Source of the DNA: Synechococcus sp.
Lineage (GTDB): Bacteria > Cyanobacteriota > Cyanobacteriia > PCC-6307 > Cyanobiaceae
Length of the DNA stretch: 64,000 nt
NCBI GenBank assembly: GCA_047284725.1
Contig: JBJBEO010000001.1
Span: 2,517,550 to 2,581,549, forward strand
Direction: 5' to 3'
Part shown: piece after piece, positions 1 through 11,518 of the stretch
Layout: each line of letters opens with the position of its first letter
Numbering within the stretch: position 1 is the stretch's first letter
Position numbers and translations under genes: made by a program
The notes under the pieces: generated by a model
The model's input: only the letters and a program-made list of their open reading frames with translations
Databases searched by the model: none
Told to the model about the DNA's origin: nothing

Positions 1-207
1 CTCTTTCTCGCCCATCAGCGCCGACAGTTCCTCCTCTTCCACCGTGCTCACATCGCTGGACGAGGATTCCTCGTCTTCCACCAGGCGTCCACTGGTTTCA
101 AGCCAGCTGAGCAGATCGGGCTCTTCGCGCAGGGGCAGCACCGGTGCCGGCTCCTTGCGCCCGTAACGGGTCAGGGCTGGGTTGATGCTGTCGAGTGCGC
201 TGCTCAT
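1..207 (-). CDS. Conserved cyanobacterial acidic protein (DUF3134-like), 3' end outside window
   Basis: Manual translation from ATG 207: MSSALDSINPALTRYGRKEPAPVLPLREEPDLLSWLETSGRLVEDEE..., open to the window edge. Confidence 0.7.
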   Translation of the reverse strand, partial: MSSALDSINPALTRYGRKEPAPVLPLREEPDLLSWLETSGRLVEDEESSSSDVSTVEEEELSALMGEKE

Positions 208-284
208 CGCCGAGGACAAAGTCCAATCAGTCCAATCAATCAGCATAGTGGACGGCAATCACACCGATCGGGAGCCGGAGCGGT

Positions 285-509
285 TTGGGTAGCAAATCTC
301 TGATGTTGCTGCTGGTCTGGGGATTGGCTCTTCTGATCAGCGTCTGTCTGCGCGCCTGGGGTGCTCAGCACCCCGGGGATCCCGCCATTGATGCCACCGT
401 TGTGGCTCTGCTGGTGTTTGCCCCGTCGGGGCTGGTGCTGGCCTGGTTGTTGGTGGGGCTGACCGGCGGGGAGGGAGAATCAGACGATTGTGAACAGGAG
501 TCCCGTTGA
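285..509 (+). CDS. Small hypothetical membrane protein (2 TM)
   Basis: 74-aa ORF with two hydrophobic stretches; stop overlaps the argG start. Confidence 0.6.
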   Translation: MGSKSLMLLLVWGLALLISVCLRAWGAQHPGDPAIDATVVALLVFAPSGLVLAWLLVGLTGGEGESDDCEQESR

Positions 510-1714
510 TGGGCCGTGCGAAGAAGGTCGTGCTCGCCTATTCCGGTGGAGTGGATACCAGCGTCTGTATTCCCTATCTCAAGCAGGAATGGGGCGTCGA
601 CGAGGTGATCACCTTCGCGGCCGATCTCGGTCAGGGGGATGAGCTCGAGCCGATCCGCTTGAAGGCCCTGGAAGCCGGGGCCAGCCAGTCGCTGGTGGGC
701 GACCTGATTCAGCCTTTCATCGAGGAGTTCGCGTTTCCGGCCATTCGGGCCAATGCTCTGTATGAAGGGCGCTATCCCCTCTCCACCGCTCTGGCACGCC
801 CGCTGATCGCCCGTCGCCTCGTGGAGGTGGCCCGCGAGGTGGGTGCCGATGCCGTGGCCCATGGATGCACCGGAAAGGGCAACGACCAGGTTCGCTTCGA
901 TGTGGCCATTGCTGCCCTGGCGCCGGATCTGAAGGTGCTTACCCCTGCGCGCGAGTGGGGGATGAGCCGTGAGGAAACGATCGCCTACGGCGAGCGCTGC
1001 GGGATTCCTGCGCCGGTGAGCAAGAAGTCGCCGTATTCGATCGACCTCAACCTGCTCGGTCGCAGCATCGAGGCGGGTCCCCTGGAGGATCCGATGGTGG
1101 CGCCGCCTGAGGAGGTGTTCGCCATGACCCGGTCGGTGGCCGACACCCCTGATGCCCCTGACGAGATCGAGATCAGTTTTGAGGCCGGGAATCCCGTCGC
1201 CATCAACGGTCAGCGTCTGGATCCGGTGGCCCTGATCCGCGAGGCCAACCGTCTCGCGGGAACCCATGGCATCGGCCGTCTCGACATGATCGAGAACCGG
1301 GTGGTGGGGATCAAGAGCCGCGAGATCTACGAAACGCCTGGTCTGCTGCTGCTGATTCAGGCCCACCAGGAGCTGGAAAGCCTCACCCTCGCTGCCGATG
1401 TGCTGCGCAGCAAGCGTCAGCTGGAGATGCAGTGGGCCGACCTGGTGTACCAGGGGCTCTGGTTCGGCCCCCTCAAGGATGCCCTCGACGGCTTCATGGA
1501 CCGCACGCAGCAGCACGTGAACGGCGTCGTTCGCCTGCGCCTCCACAAGGGCACCGCCACGGTCACCGGCCGGGCCTCCACCGGCAGCAGCCTCTATGTG
1601 CCGGCCATGGCCTCCTACGGCAGTGAGGATCAATTCGATCACCGTGCCGCTGAGGGCTTCATCTACGTGTGGGGTCTTCCGACCCGTCTCTGGGCTGCAA
1701 CCCATCGCCGCTGA
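509..1714 (+). CDS. argG: Argininosuccinate synthase
   Basis: [25 protein letters not shown] and GIKSREIYE motifs. Confidence 0.97.
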   Translation: MGRAKKVVLAYSGGVDTSVCIPYLKQEWGVDEVITFAADLGQGDELEPIRLKALEAGASQSLVGDLIQPFIEEFAFPAIRANALYEGRYPLSTALARPLIARRLVEVAREVGADAVAHGCTGKGNDQVRFDVAIAALAPDLKVLTPAREWGMSREETIAYGERCGIPAPVSKKSPYSIDLNLLGRSIEAGPLEDPMVAPPEEVFAMTRSVADTPDAPDEIEISFEAGNPVAINGQRLDPVALIREANRLAGTHGIGRLDMIENRVVGIKSREIYETPGLLLLIQAHQELESLTLAADVLRSKRQLEMQWADLVYQGLWFGPLKDALDGFMDRTQQHVNGVVRLRLHKGTATVTGRASTGSSLYVPAMASYGSEDQFDHRAAEGFIYVWGLPTRLWAATHRR

Positions 1715-1763
1715 TGCAGCCAGCGGATTCTCCTCTGGCTTGCTGCCGCACCAGCTGCCGCCG

Positions 1764-2081
1764 TCAGGCGGCTTTATTGGATGCGTCGTGGTCGTCCTGC
1801 GTTCCGAGCCGGCGCATCAGAGGCCAGTTCCAACGCAAGGCAGGCCGTTGCAGGGGTTCGCGGGCCGGTTCGAGCAACTCCTGCGCCTGGGCCAGGAGGC
1901 GATAGCGCTCCAGCAGTGGTTCCAGCCGTTGCTGGAACTTGCGCTCGAACAGATCGGGCAGATCGGCCAGGAGGCTTTCATACTCAGCCACGCTGGCTTC
2001 GAGTTCTTCGACTCGGGCGCGGAGACGGATCAGCTCAGCCTGCGCAGCGCTGTTGTCGTAGATGGTGTCGTCAAGGTCCAT
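1764..2081 (-). CDS. Hypothetical coiled-coil protein
   Basis: Heptad-rich ELIRLRARVEELEASVAEYE. Start placed at ATG 2081 because the longer ORF runs through the rpsF terminator. Confidence 0.6.
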   Translation of the reverse strand: MDLDDTIYDNSAAQAELIRLRARVEELEASVAEYESLLADLPDLFERKFQQRLEPLLERYRLLAQAQELLEPAREPLQRPALRWNWPLMRRLGTQDDHDASNKAA

Positions 2082-2171
2082 GACGGGCTCTGCGGTAACT
2101 GGACTTCCATGGGATGGCTTGTCCTTCCTGTCTACAGCAGCCCAGAGCGGTGATGGCGCCTGATGGTCATC

Positions 2172-2212
2172 AAAAAAAAAGTCCATGGCCAGACGGTATC
2201 GCCCGGCCATGG
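2172..2212 (-). terminator. Intrinsic terminator of rpsF
   Basis: Minus strand CCATGGCCGGGCG-ATAC-CGTCTGGCCATGG followed by AC-T9, about 30 nt after the rpsF stop. Confidence 0.8.
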
Positions 2213-2240
2213 AGCCATCAATGCTTGGTCAGGCGATCAA

Positions 2241-2621
2241 TCAGGCGGGGGTTCCGGCGGGCTCAGCCTGGTCCTGTGCGGCGGCGGCAGGCGCGCTGCC
2301 GGGCATCACGCGGGGCTCGGGCAGAGGTCCTTCCTGCTTCACGGTGAGGTAGCGCATCACGTCTTCGCTGAGGCGCATGGCCTTCTCCAGCACAGCCACC
2401 TGCTGGCCGTCGCCGTTGTGGCTCAGCTGCACGTAGATGCCTTCCTTGTTCTTGTTGATCGCGTACGCCAGGCGACGCTTGCCGCGCATCTGGTTATCGA
2501 GCACCTCGGCGCCAGCCTCAACGAGGATGTCGCGGTACTTGGTGAGATGGGACTCAACTTCCTCTTCCGGAATGTCCGGACGGAGGATGTACATGGTCTC
2601 GTAGTAAGGCGTCTGGGTCAT
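2241..2621 (-). CDS. rpsF: 30S ribosomal protein S6
   Basis: [22 protein letters not shown] and LSEDVMRYL; start taken at MTQTPYYE. Confidence 0.95.
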   Translation of the reverse strand: MTQTPYYETMYILRPDIPEEEVESHLTKYRDILVEAGAEVLDNQMRGKRRLAYAINKNKEGIYVQLSHNGDGQQVAVLEKAMRLSEDVMRYLTVKQEGPLPEPRVMPGSAPAAAAQDQAEPAGTPA

Positions 2622-2702
2622 TGGGGATCGATCCGACAGGGACTCAAGGCTCACCGAAGTGAGCGACGGATCGATCATGTTATCGCCTGGGGGGTTGACA
2701 GC

Positions 2703-3167
2703 TCAGTAGAGCTGCATGCGTACGGCCTGGCTGATGCCCGGTAGATCCGGCTCCCGGCCGCCCAGACACTCGATCAGGGCGAAAATCACGATGGCAAGAA
2801 CCGCCAGCAGCACCGTGCTTCCCAGGGTGTGCAGGATCAGTCCGTTGCCGAGGGGGGCGATCAGCAGCTGAAAGCCGTAGCCCAGTAGCACGACAACAAT
2901 GTCGATCAGAATGGCCTGCAGGGTGTTGAAGCGCAGGAAGTAGGGCACGTTCGGGTTGCGCGCCACGGCGAGGAAGAGCACGAAGAACACCAGCAGATTC
3001 CCGAAGGGAATGCCGCGTTCGAGGAGCACCAGCGGCAACGCCGGCAGGGTGAGCCACTGAAGCCAGGGGAATTGACCCATCAGATGGCCGCCAAAGGGGA
3101 TGGCGTCACTCCAGGGGAGCACATACACCAGCACGCCCAACAGGCGTTGCCACACGGGGATCGTCAC
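2703..3167 (-). CDS. Tic20/Ycf60 family membrane protein
   Basis: LVYVLPWSDAIPFG, VPYFLRFNTLQAILID and C-terminal ISQAVRMQLY; GTG start 3167. Confidence 0.85.
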   Translation of the reverse strand: MTIPVWQRLLGVLVYVLPWSDAIPFGGHLMGQFPWLQWLTLPALPLVLLERGIPFGNLLVFFVLFLAVARNPNVPYFLRFNTLQAILIDIVVVLLGYGFQLLIAPLGNGLILHTLGSTVLLAVLAIVIFALIECLGGREPDLPGISQAVRMQLY

Positions 3168-3196
3168 GGGAACAGCAGGCCTGGATTGCGCCGACG

Positions 3197-4096
3197 CTAG
3201 GTGTTGAGATGCTCCAGGGCAGCGGATCGCATCGCTGTAACCGGAACATCGCTTCGCTCGGTCCACAACCGCAGGGCGGCGGCCCCTTGCTGCACCAGCA
3301 TTTCGAGGCCGTCCAGCGTTCGACAGCCATGGTCGGCTGCCTGTTGCAGCAGTCGTGTGGGCCGCGGGGTGTAGATGATGTCGTACACCCAACTGCCGGG
3401 TTGGAGCCGGCGGATCTGTTCTGGGTTGAGGGGGCTGGCGTCTGCCGCTGCAGGGTTGTCCGGAGAGGCCATGCCCACCGGCGTGGTGTTCACCACCACA
3501 TCGCAGTGGTCGAGTGCCGCCGCCAGGGCCTGGTCGCTGTTCCACAGCAGGGTCTCCAGCTGGGGCGACCAGCGGCCGCAGGCGGCCATCACCGCATCCA
3601 ACACCTGTTGCCGGCGTGCGGCGATCTGGATGCGGGCGCATCCCAGTTCGGTGAGGCCGGCCACCACCGCTCTGGCACTGCCGCCGCCGCCGAGCACCAG
3701 GGCGCGGCGTTGGCTCCAGTTGGGTTCGGCCTCCTGCAGTGGCCGGTAGAACCCTTCCACGTCGGTGTTGGTGCCGAACCAACCGCCATCGTTTCGGGGT
3801 ACGAGCACGTTCACGGCTCCCAGGCGCTGAGCCAGGGGACTGAGCTCACGGCAGAGCCCGGCCACGCTCTGTTTGTGGGGGATCGTCACGTTGAGGCCGC
3901 GGCAACCGATGGCCTCCAGGCCCCGTACGACGGTTCCCAGCTGGTCCGCCGGCGTGGGCAGGGCCAGAAACACCCAGTCGAGCCCCATTACCTGGAGGGC
4001 GGCGTTGTGCATGGCCGGCGACAGTGAGTGATGCACGGGATCACCCAGGAGGCCCACCAGGCCGGTGCTGGCGCCGATCGTGCCGGGGCTGGTCAT
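3197..4096 (-). CDS. aroE: Shikimate dehydrogenase
   Basis: [30 protein letters not shown] and [10 protein letters not shown]. Confidence 0.95.
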   Translation of the reverse strand: MTSPGTIGASTGLVGLLGDPVHHSLSPAMHNAALQVMGLDWVFLALPTPADQLGTVVRGLEAIGCRGLNVTIPHKQSVAGLCRELSPLAQRLGAVNVLVPRNDGGWFGTNTDVEGFYRPLQEAEPNWSQRRALVLGGGGSARAVVAGLTELGCARIQIAARRQQVLDAVMAACGRWSPQLETLLWNSDQALAAALDHCDVVVNTTPVGMASPDNPAAADASPLNPEQIRRLQPGSWVYDIIYTPRPTRLLQQAADHGCRTLDGLEMLVQQGAAALRLWTERSDVPVTAMRSAALEHLNT

Positions 4097-4226
4097 GGAC
4101 TGCTGCGGGCTCAGGTCCCCCAGCCTGACTGCTGACCTGTTCGGGAACCACACCTCGTCTTGGGGCCATGGCTCTGGTGAAGATGCAGAAGTTCAAGACG
4201 ACATTTCGACGAGGAGGTGGGATCCC

Positions 4227-6134
<1,908 letters not shown>

Positions 6135-6166
6135 GCCTTCCAGACTCTGATCCGTTGGATCGTCTG

Positions 6167-6195
6167 CCCCGCCTGTCTGTCAGGCGGGGTTTTTT
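6167..6195 (+). terminator. Intrinsic terminator of dnaK
   Basis: CCCCGCCTG-TCTGT-CAGGCGGGG-TTTTTT. Confidence 0.9.
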
Positions 6196-6358
6196 GATGA
6201 GAAAAAATGCTTGTCAGAAGCAGTGCTTTACTGGGAAACAAAGAGGAACATCAATCTTGATTGGGTTGGATGTTTCATGAGGAGAATCAGGGGGTATGGA
6301 GGTATGTATGCAGGCCAGGGGTCGTTTTTGCACGCTTTAGCGGTGCAATGCTTCCCAT

Positions 6359-6384
6359 TAAAAAACCGCGGCAATAATGCCGCG
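6359..6384 (-). terminator. Orphan terminator-like hairpin in the dnaK-pstS gap
   Basis: Minus strand CGCGGCA-TTAT-TGCCGCG-G followed by a T-run. Confidence 0.5.
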
Positions 6385-6504
6385 ATTGGTGCGGTGAGTG
6401 AATGGTGAGCGTGTCTTAAGACTCTCTGAGTTGGTCCTGTCGGGTGCTGTTGGGGCCGCGCCTCCCCATCGGTTGATCGACTGCGCGGTGGGTGTTCCTG
6501 GCGC

Positions 6505-6529
6505 AAAAAAAGGGGGCGTGAGGCCCCCT
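6505..6529 (-). terminator. Intrinsic terminator of pstS
   Basis: Minus strand AGGGGGC-CTCAC-GCCCCCT-TTTTTT, about 20 nt after the pstS stop. Confidence 0.85.
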
Positions 6530-6550
6530 GTCTGAGGATCCCCTGTGGGA

Positions 6551-7552
6551 TCACTCGCTGATGCTGTTCGCCGCGGCCTTGGCTTTGCTGACCACTTCGG
6601 GGGGGAGGGAGACGTATCCGAGCTCAGGTGCTTTCGACTGGGCCTCCTCGGAGAGCATGTAGTCGAAGGTTTTCTTCAGCAACGGTTTCTTGTCGTCATT
6701 GCCGGTTTTGTAGGCCAGCACCCAGGTGAAGGTGACGATGGGATAGCCCCCCTTGGGGTTGGGGTTGCTGCCGATCAGGTCGGGGCCGAGGTCAATGGAG
6801 CCCAGGGCTTCACTGGCGGTGGCATTGGTGGGTTTCACCTGTTGCCCAGATGCGTTCTGCAGGGAAGCAGCCTGAAGCTCACCCTTCACGTAGGCCAGTT
6901 CCACATAGCCGATGCCGCCTTCAATCTGGCTGAGCTGTGCAGCCACACCTTCGTTCCCTTTGGCACCGACACCGGTGGGCCACTTCACGGATTTGTCACT
7001 GCCGACGCTGGTCTTCCACTCGGGGCTGATGGCAGCCAGGTGCTGGGTGAAGTTGTAGGTGGTGCCGGAACCGTCGGAACGATGCACCACCCGGATGGCT
7101 TGGTCACCGCAACCCAGTTCGTTGAAATTCTTGATTTGGCCGAGGAAAATCCCGGCCAACTGGTCTTGGCTGAGCGTGAGCTCACAACCGGGGTTGTTGT
7201 AAGCGACGGCAATGGCGCCGGCTGTCATCGGGATCTGCACCACGCCGCGATCCACCTTGGCGATCGCCTCGGGCTTCATGGGCTTATCAGAGGCGCCGAA
7301 GTCGACGGTGCCAGCGGTGAATTGCCGCACGCCGGCGCCGGAGCCCACCGACTGGTAGTTCACATTCAGGCCCTGGGGGGCGAGATCCTGGAACCAGCGT
7401 TGGTAGATCGCGGCGGGGAAGGAGGCGCCGGCGGCTGAGAGCCGACCTGTGAGCTTGTCGCCTTCACTGCCAGAGGAGCAGGACACCAGGCTGACGGCTG
7501 CACCGATGCCGGCGACGGCGGCGGCAGTGCGGAGCAGGAGTGAGCGAGACAT
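6551..7552 (-). CDS. pstS: Phosphate ABC transporter substrate-binding lipoprotein (stand-alone copy)
   Basis: Lipobox LVSC, AGASFPA, YQSVGSGAG, DFGASD, RSDGSGTT and YPIVTFTW. Confidence 0.95.
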   Translation of the reverse strand: MSRSLLLRTAAAVAGIGAAVSLVSCSSGSEGDKLTGRLSAAGASFPAAIYQRWFQDLAPQGLNVNYQSVGSGAGVRQFTAGTVDFGASDKPMKPEAIAKVDRGVVQIPMTAGAIAVAYNNPGCELTLSQDQLAGIFLGQIKNFNELGCGDQAIRVVHRSDGSGTTYNFTQHLAAISPEWKTSVGSDKSVKWPTGVGAKGNEGVAAQLSQIEGGIGYVELAYVKGELQAASLQNASGQQVKPTNATASEALGSIDLGPDLIGSNPNPKGGYPIVTFTWVLAYKTGNDDKKPLLKKTFDYMLSEEAQSKAPELGYVSLPPEVVSKAKAAANSISE

Positions 7553-7618
7553 GTGAGTGGGTCACATTCAGATCACCCAGATTTAGCGACGAGCCTGCCC
7601 TGCTCTTTAAAGAATGGC

Positions 7619-8740
7619 TTAAGGCTTCGTAAGCATTGTGCTGCCGATGCCGGGCTGGGGGATCTGATCAGTCACCCATTCGGCGGTGGCAGGGGCCAGC
7701 AGCACGCCATTGCGGTAATGGCCGCTGGCCAGGATCAGTCCCGGCTCCAACACTTCCAGCAGAGGTGCGGGACGACCGCTCGGCCGGGCCCGAAGTCCAT
7801 GCCACTGATCCACCACACTGGCTTGCCGCAGCCATTCGGGCGCATCCCCTTCCAGACGCCGCATCACCAGGGTGGCCCCATGGTCTGGTGCGCTACCCGG
7901 TTCAAGGGTGGCCCCCAGCCAGAGTTGATCGCGGCCCTGCCGCACCAGGTTCACGCCATGGCTGACCAGCACGGCAGGCCATTGGCTGTTGAGGGCCGCT
8001 GGGTCGTTGAGGCGCAGTTGCAGCACCTGACCCAGCACCGGTTCCAGGGGGCGTGCGTGACCAAGGGGGGCGAGGAGCTGTTGACTGGCAAGGCCGGTGC
8101 AGATCACCACCTGGTCGGTCTCCAGTCTGCTGCCATCCTTCAGGTCCAGCCGCCAACGCTGCTGGTGTCGTCCCAGTCGGAACGCCTGGGTTGCCCTCAG
8201 GGCCACGTCACGTTGGGCGAGTTTGCGGCGCAGGGCCTGCTGCAGAACGAGGGGATCCACCCGGCCATCGCGCTGTGACAGCAGTCCGCCATGACGCGCT
8301 GCGGGCCAGTCGGGATGGTCGCTTGCCAGGGAACGGGCCGAACGAAACGCCAGTCCGAGATCGCTGCGGGCCTCAGCCAGGCGTTGCTGCAGGTCGGCTT
8401 CCTGCTCGGAGGCGGCGAGCTGAACCAGCGGTGTGTGCAGGATCAGCGGTTCTTCCGCTGTGCTGAGCAGTTCCGACCACAGGGGCCACAGTTCCATGCT
8501 GCGTCGCCGCAGCCGCCAGGCGCGGCCGCTGGAACGGCGGAACACCTGGCCCATCAGGATCCCAAGGGAGGCTGTGGTGCCTGTCAGGGCAACCCCGCTG
8601 TGTCGGCTGGGATCGCGGGCCAGGGCCGGATCGATCAGGGTCACCCTGTGACCTGCTCGGGCAAGCCACCAGGCGGTGCCGGCACCGATGGCACCCGCAC
8701 CCAGAACCGCAATCGAAGGGTTCAGATCGACACCGCTCAG
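7619..8740 (-). CDS. FAD-dependent oxidoreductase, glycine oxidase/DAO family (probable CTG start)
   Basis: The Rossmann motif IAVLGAGAIGAGTAWWLA is in frame upstream of the track GTG 8644; C-terminal GLRARP and GHYRNGVLLAP. Start is CTG 8740 or 8725. Confidence 0.8.
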   Translation of the reverse strand: MSGVDLNPSIAVLGAGAIGAGTAWWLARAGHRVTLIDPALARDPSRHSGVALTGTTASLGILMGQVFRRSSGRAWRLRRRSMELWPLWSELLSTAEEPLILHTPLVQLAASEQEADLQQRLAEARSDLGLAFRSARSLASDHPDWPAARHGGLLSQRDGRVDPLVLQQALRRKLAQRDVALRATQAFRLGRHQQRWRLDLKDGSRLETDQVVICTGLASQQLLAPLGHARPLEPVLGQVLQLRLNDPAALNSQWPAVLVSHGVNLVRQGRDQLWLGATLEPGSAPDHGATLVMRRLEGDAPEWLRQASVVDQWHGLRARPSGRPAPLLEVLEPGLILASGHYRNGVLLAPATAEWVTDQIPQPGIGSTMLTKP

Positions 8741-9198
8741 TTGAGCGCTTGCTCAGGAATCACCCGGGCGTAGTTGGCAAAGCCCGTTGCCACCGACACA
8801 TAGCCCTTCTGTAGACGCGCGCCATCTTGGAGACGGGCCGCTTCGTCAAGGTTGGCCAGGCCATCTTTCAGGCTGGTGGCCAGCTGGTTGGCCTCGGCGC
8901 GATCGCCCGGCAGCAGACGCTGGTTGATGTAAAGCATTTCGCGACCCACCTCCTGCATGGGGCCGTGGATCAGGTTGCGGGTGAAGGTCCAGTCACGGGC
9001 ATTCACCAGCTTGGCCAGTTCAGGCAGGCGATCCTGAGCCGCCTTGAATTCAGTGGCATTGCGCCGGATCACGGCCATGTCATCGGGGCTGATGGTGGCA
9101 GCCTTGGCGTTGGCACCGTCTCCGCAGGCCACAAGGCTGAGGCAGAGGCAGGCACAGAGGCAGAACGAGGCTAGGCGACGCAGGGCTCTGAGTATCAC
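8737..9198 (-). CDS. psbQ: Photosystem II lipoprotein PsbQ (CyanoQ)
   Basis: Lipobox LVAC and DWTFTRNLIHGPMQEVGREM. Confidence 0.85.
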   Translation of the reverse strand: MILRALRRLASFCLCACLCLSLVACGDGANAKAATISPDDMAVIRRNATEFKAAQDRLPELAKLVNARDWTFTRNLIHGPMQEVGREMLYINQRLLPGDRAEANQLATSLKDGLANLDEAARLQDGARLQKGYVSVATGFANYARVIPEQALN

Positions 9199-9286
9199 GG
9201 AGCAGAGAAGGAGAATGGCCGCGACTTTACCCGGGTTGGTCGGCCCCCAGCGCGGTCGCGAGAATGGTTGTTCATGCGTTCGGCTT

Positions 9287-10141
9287 GTGACGTCGCCTTC
9301 CGTCATCCTGCAGTTGATCTGCCCTGACCGGCCTGGGTTGGTGAGCGAGCTGGCGGGTTGGGTGGCAGCCAACGGCGGCAACATCCGCCATGCCGACCAC
9401 CACACCGACGCGGGTGCTGGGTTGTTTCTGAGCCGCCTGGAGTGGGAGCAGCAGGGTTTCGGGCTGCCGCGGCCAGCGATCGCCCCGGCGGCCCATGCCC
9501 TGGCTGAGCGGCTGGGGGGAGAAGCCCAGCTGCATTTTTCAGATGCCTTGTCGCCGGTGGCGATCTTTGCCAGCAAGCAGAGCCATTGCCTGCTGGATCT
9601 GCTCTGGCGTGCCCGCAGTGGTGAGCTGCCGATGCAGGTGCCTCTGGTGGTGGCCAACCACCCCGATCTGGAACCGCTGTGTGCGGAGTTCGGGGTGGCC
9701 TTTGCCTGCGTGCCGGTGACGGCAGCCACCAAGCCGGAGGCGGAACGCCGCATGTTGGCGCTGCTCGAGGAGCACGGCATTGAACTGGTGGTTCTGGCCA
9801 AGTACATGCAGGTGCTCAGTGCTGATTTCCTCAGCCGTTTCCCCACCGTGATCAACATCCACCACTCGTTTCTGCCGGCGTTCAAAGGAGCGCAGCCCTA
9901 TCACCGCGCCTGGGAGCGGGGGGTGAAGTTGATTGGAGCCACGGCTCATTACGTCACCGAAGACCTCGATGATGGTCCGATCATCGAGCAGACCACGGCG
10001 CACGTCGGTCACCGCGATGAGGTGGAGGATCTGATCCGTAAAGGCCGGGATACGGAGCGGTTGGCCCTGGCAAGGGCGGTCCGTTTGCACCTTCGCCGTC
10101 AGGTGATGGTGTATCGCGGTCGAACGGCAGTGTTCGCCTGA
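9287..10141 (+). CDS. purU: Formyltetrahydrofolate deformylase
   Basis: ACT domain CPDRPGLV, INIHHSFLPAFKGAQPY and GVKLIGATAHYVT. Confidence 0.95.
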   Translation: MTSPSVILQLICPDRPGLVSELAGWVAANGGNIRHADHHTDAGAGLFLSRLEWEQQGFGLPRPAIAPAAHALAERLGGEAQLHFSDALSPVAIFASKQSHCLLDLLWRARSGELPMQVPLVVANHPDLEPLCAEFGVAFACVPVTAATKPEAERRMLALLEEHGIELVVLAKYMQVLSADFLSRFPTVINIHHSFLPAFKGAQPYHRAWERGVKLIGATAHYVTEDLDDGPIIEQTTAHVGHRDEVEDLIRKGRDTERLALARAVRLHLRRQVMVYRGRTAVFA

Positions 10142-10237
10142 TCGGGGCGACGGCATGCGGGCGCGGCTGGGTTGGTGCGTTGTCTGGTGTTTGCATGGGT
10201 CGTTGCTCTGATGCGTGTGCCTGGCGTCCTCGCCGTT

Positions 10238-11518
10238 GTGAACCAGCGCCTCCGGGCTGGTTGTCCGCAGGCGGCTTCGCCCGTGGGTTGGCTGCTGTTC
10301 CAGCTCGGCTTGCTGCTGCTGCCCTCAACCGTGCTCCTTGCCAGCCTGCTGCTGTTTCCCGCGTTGATTCTGGGCAGCCTGCGGCGGCAAGGCGCCTATT
10401 GGCAGGACCCCTGGAACTGGCCTCTGCTGGCGGCCGGCGGCTTGATGCTGATCGGGTGTTGGACCGCCACCCGCACCGATCTGGCCTGGGCCGGACTGGC
10501 CAACTGGCTGCCGTTTTTCTGGGGGTTCTGGGGGTTTCAGCCCTATCTGGCGGATGCCGCTGCCCGTCGCCGCTCGGCCCTCTGGTTGGTGGCAGGCACC
10601 GTTCCGGTGGTGGTGACCGGTCTGGGTCAGCTGTGGGGCGGCTGGCAGGGGCCCTGGCAGTTGCTGGGAGGTTTGGTGATCTGGTTCGTGGCGCCTGGCG
10701 GCGAGCCCGAGGGCCGTTTGTCGGGCCTGTTTGATTACGCCAACATCGCCGCCGCCTGGTTGGCTCTGGTGTGGCCCTTCAGCCTTGCGGCGTTGGTGCA
10801 GCCCGGTCTGCCCAGGATCCGTCGGCTGGTGGTGCTGGTGTTGGCGGTCACTTTGGTGACGGCCCTCGTGCTCACCGACTCCCGCAACGGCTGGGGGGCG
10901 CTGGTGCTGGCGGTGCCTCTGGTGCTGGGGCCGGTGAGTTGGCCCTGGCTGTTGCCCTTGCTGGCCCTTGCGTTGGTGCCAGTGGTGCTGGCCGTGGTGC
11001 CGGGGGTTCCGCCTCTGTTGCAGGACCCAGCCAGGGCCCTGGTGCCGGAGTCGGTGTGGTCGCGCCTCAGCGACAGTCGTTATGCCTCCGAACGGGCGTT
11101 GGCCTCCACCCGGTTGAGCCAGTGGGGCGTCGCCCTTGATCTGATTGCGGAGCGGCCCTGGCTGGGTTGGGGGGCTGCCGCTTTCTCCGTGCTCTATCCC
11201 CTGCGGACCGGTCAGTGGCATGGCCATTCCCACAATCTGCCGTTGGAACTGGCCGTGGGCCATGGGCTGCCGGTGGCGGTGGCGGTGGTGGGTGTGGTGC
11301 TGGCCCTGCTGGTGGTGAGCCTGCGTTGCGGCCGCATCGGCCTGTTCGATCGGGCCTGGTGGGCCGCTGTGCTGATCCTTGTCGTGCTGCATGGCACGGA
11401 CATGCCGTTTTTTGATAGCCGGCTCAACATCGCCGGTTGGGTGTTGCTGGCGGGGTTGCGCAGCCGCATCCGCGACCATCACCGACAGGAGCAGACGTTG
11501 ACCCTCACCCCTGGCTGA
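10238..11518 (+). CDS. O-antigen ligase (Wzy_C)/IctB-like membrane protein; start uncertain
   Basis: Multi-TM; RLSGLFDYANIA, TDSRNGW, RPWLGWG and HSHNLPLE. Confidence 0.8.
   Translation: MNQRLRAGCPQAASPVGWLLFQLGLLLLPSTVLLASLLLFPALILGSLRRQGAYWQDPWNWPLLAAGGLMLIGCWTATRTDLAWAGLANWLPFFWGFWGFQPYLADAAARRRSALWLVAGTVPVVVTGLGQLWGGWQGPWQLLGGLVIWFVAPGGEPEGRLSGLFDYANIAAAWLALVWPFSLAALVQPGLPRIRRLVVLVLAVTLVTALVLTDSRNGWGALVLAVPLVLGPVSWPWLLPLLALALVPVVLAVVPGVPPLLQDPARALVPESVWSRLSDSRYASERALASTRLSQWGVALDLIAERPWLGWGAAAFSVLYPLRTGQWHGHSHNLPLELAVGHGLPVAVAVVGVVLALLVVSLRCGRIGLFDRAWWAAVLILVVLHGTDMPFFDSRLNIAGWVLLAGLRSRIRDHHRQEQTLTLTPG

Noticed and set aside
2172..2180. A9/T9 homopolymer as a phase-variable tract in the 1764..2210 ORF
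   Set aside because: It is the U-tract of the rpsF terminator hairpin; the gene probably starts downstream at 2081.
7600..7635. Pho box upstream of pstS (minus strand CTTAAGCC..CTTTAAAG)
   Set aside because: Only one reasonable half-site and imperfect 11-bp periodicity; too weak to call without a PWM scan.
8600..8740. Oxidoreductase as a truncated or frameshifted pseudogene
   Set aside because: The GxGxxG motif is in the same frame upstream with no stop; a CTG start explains it.
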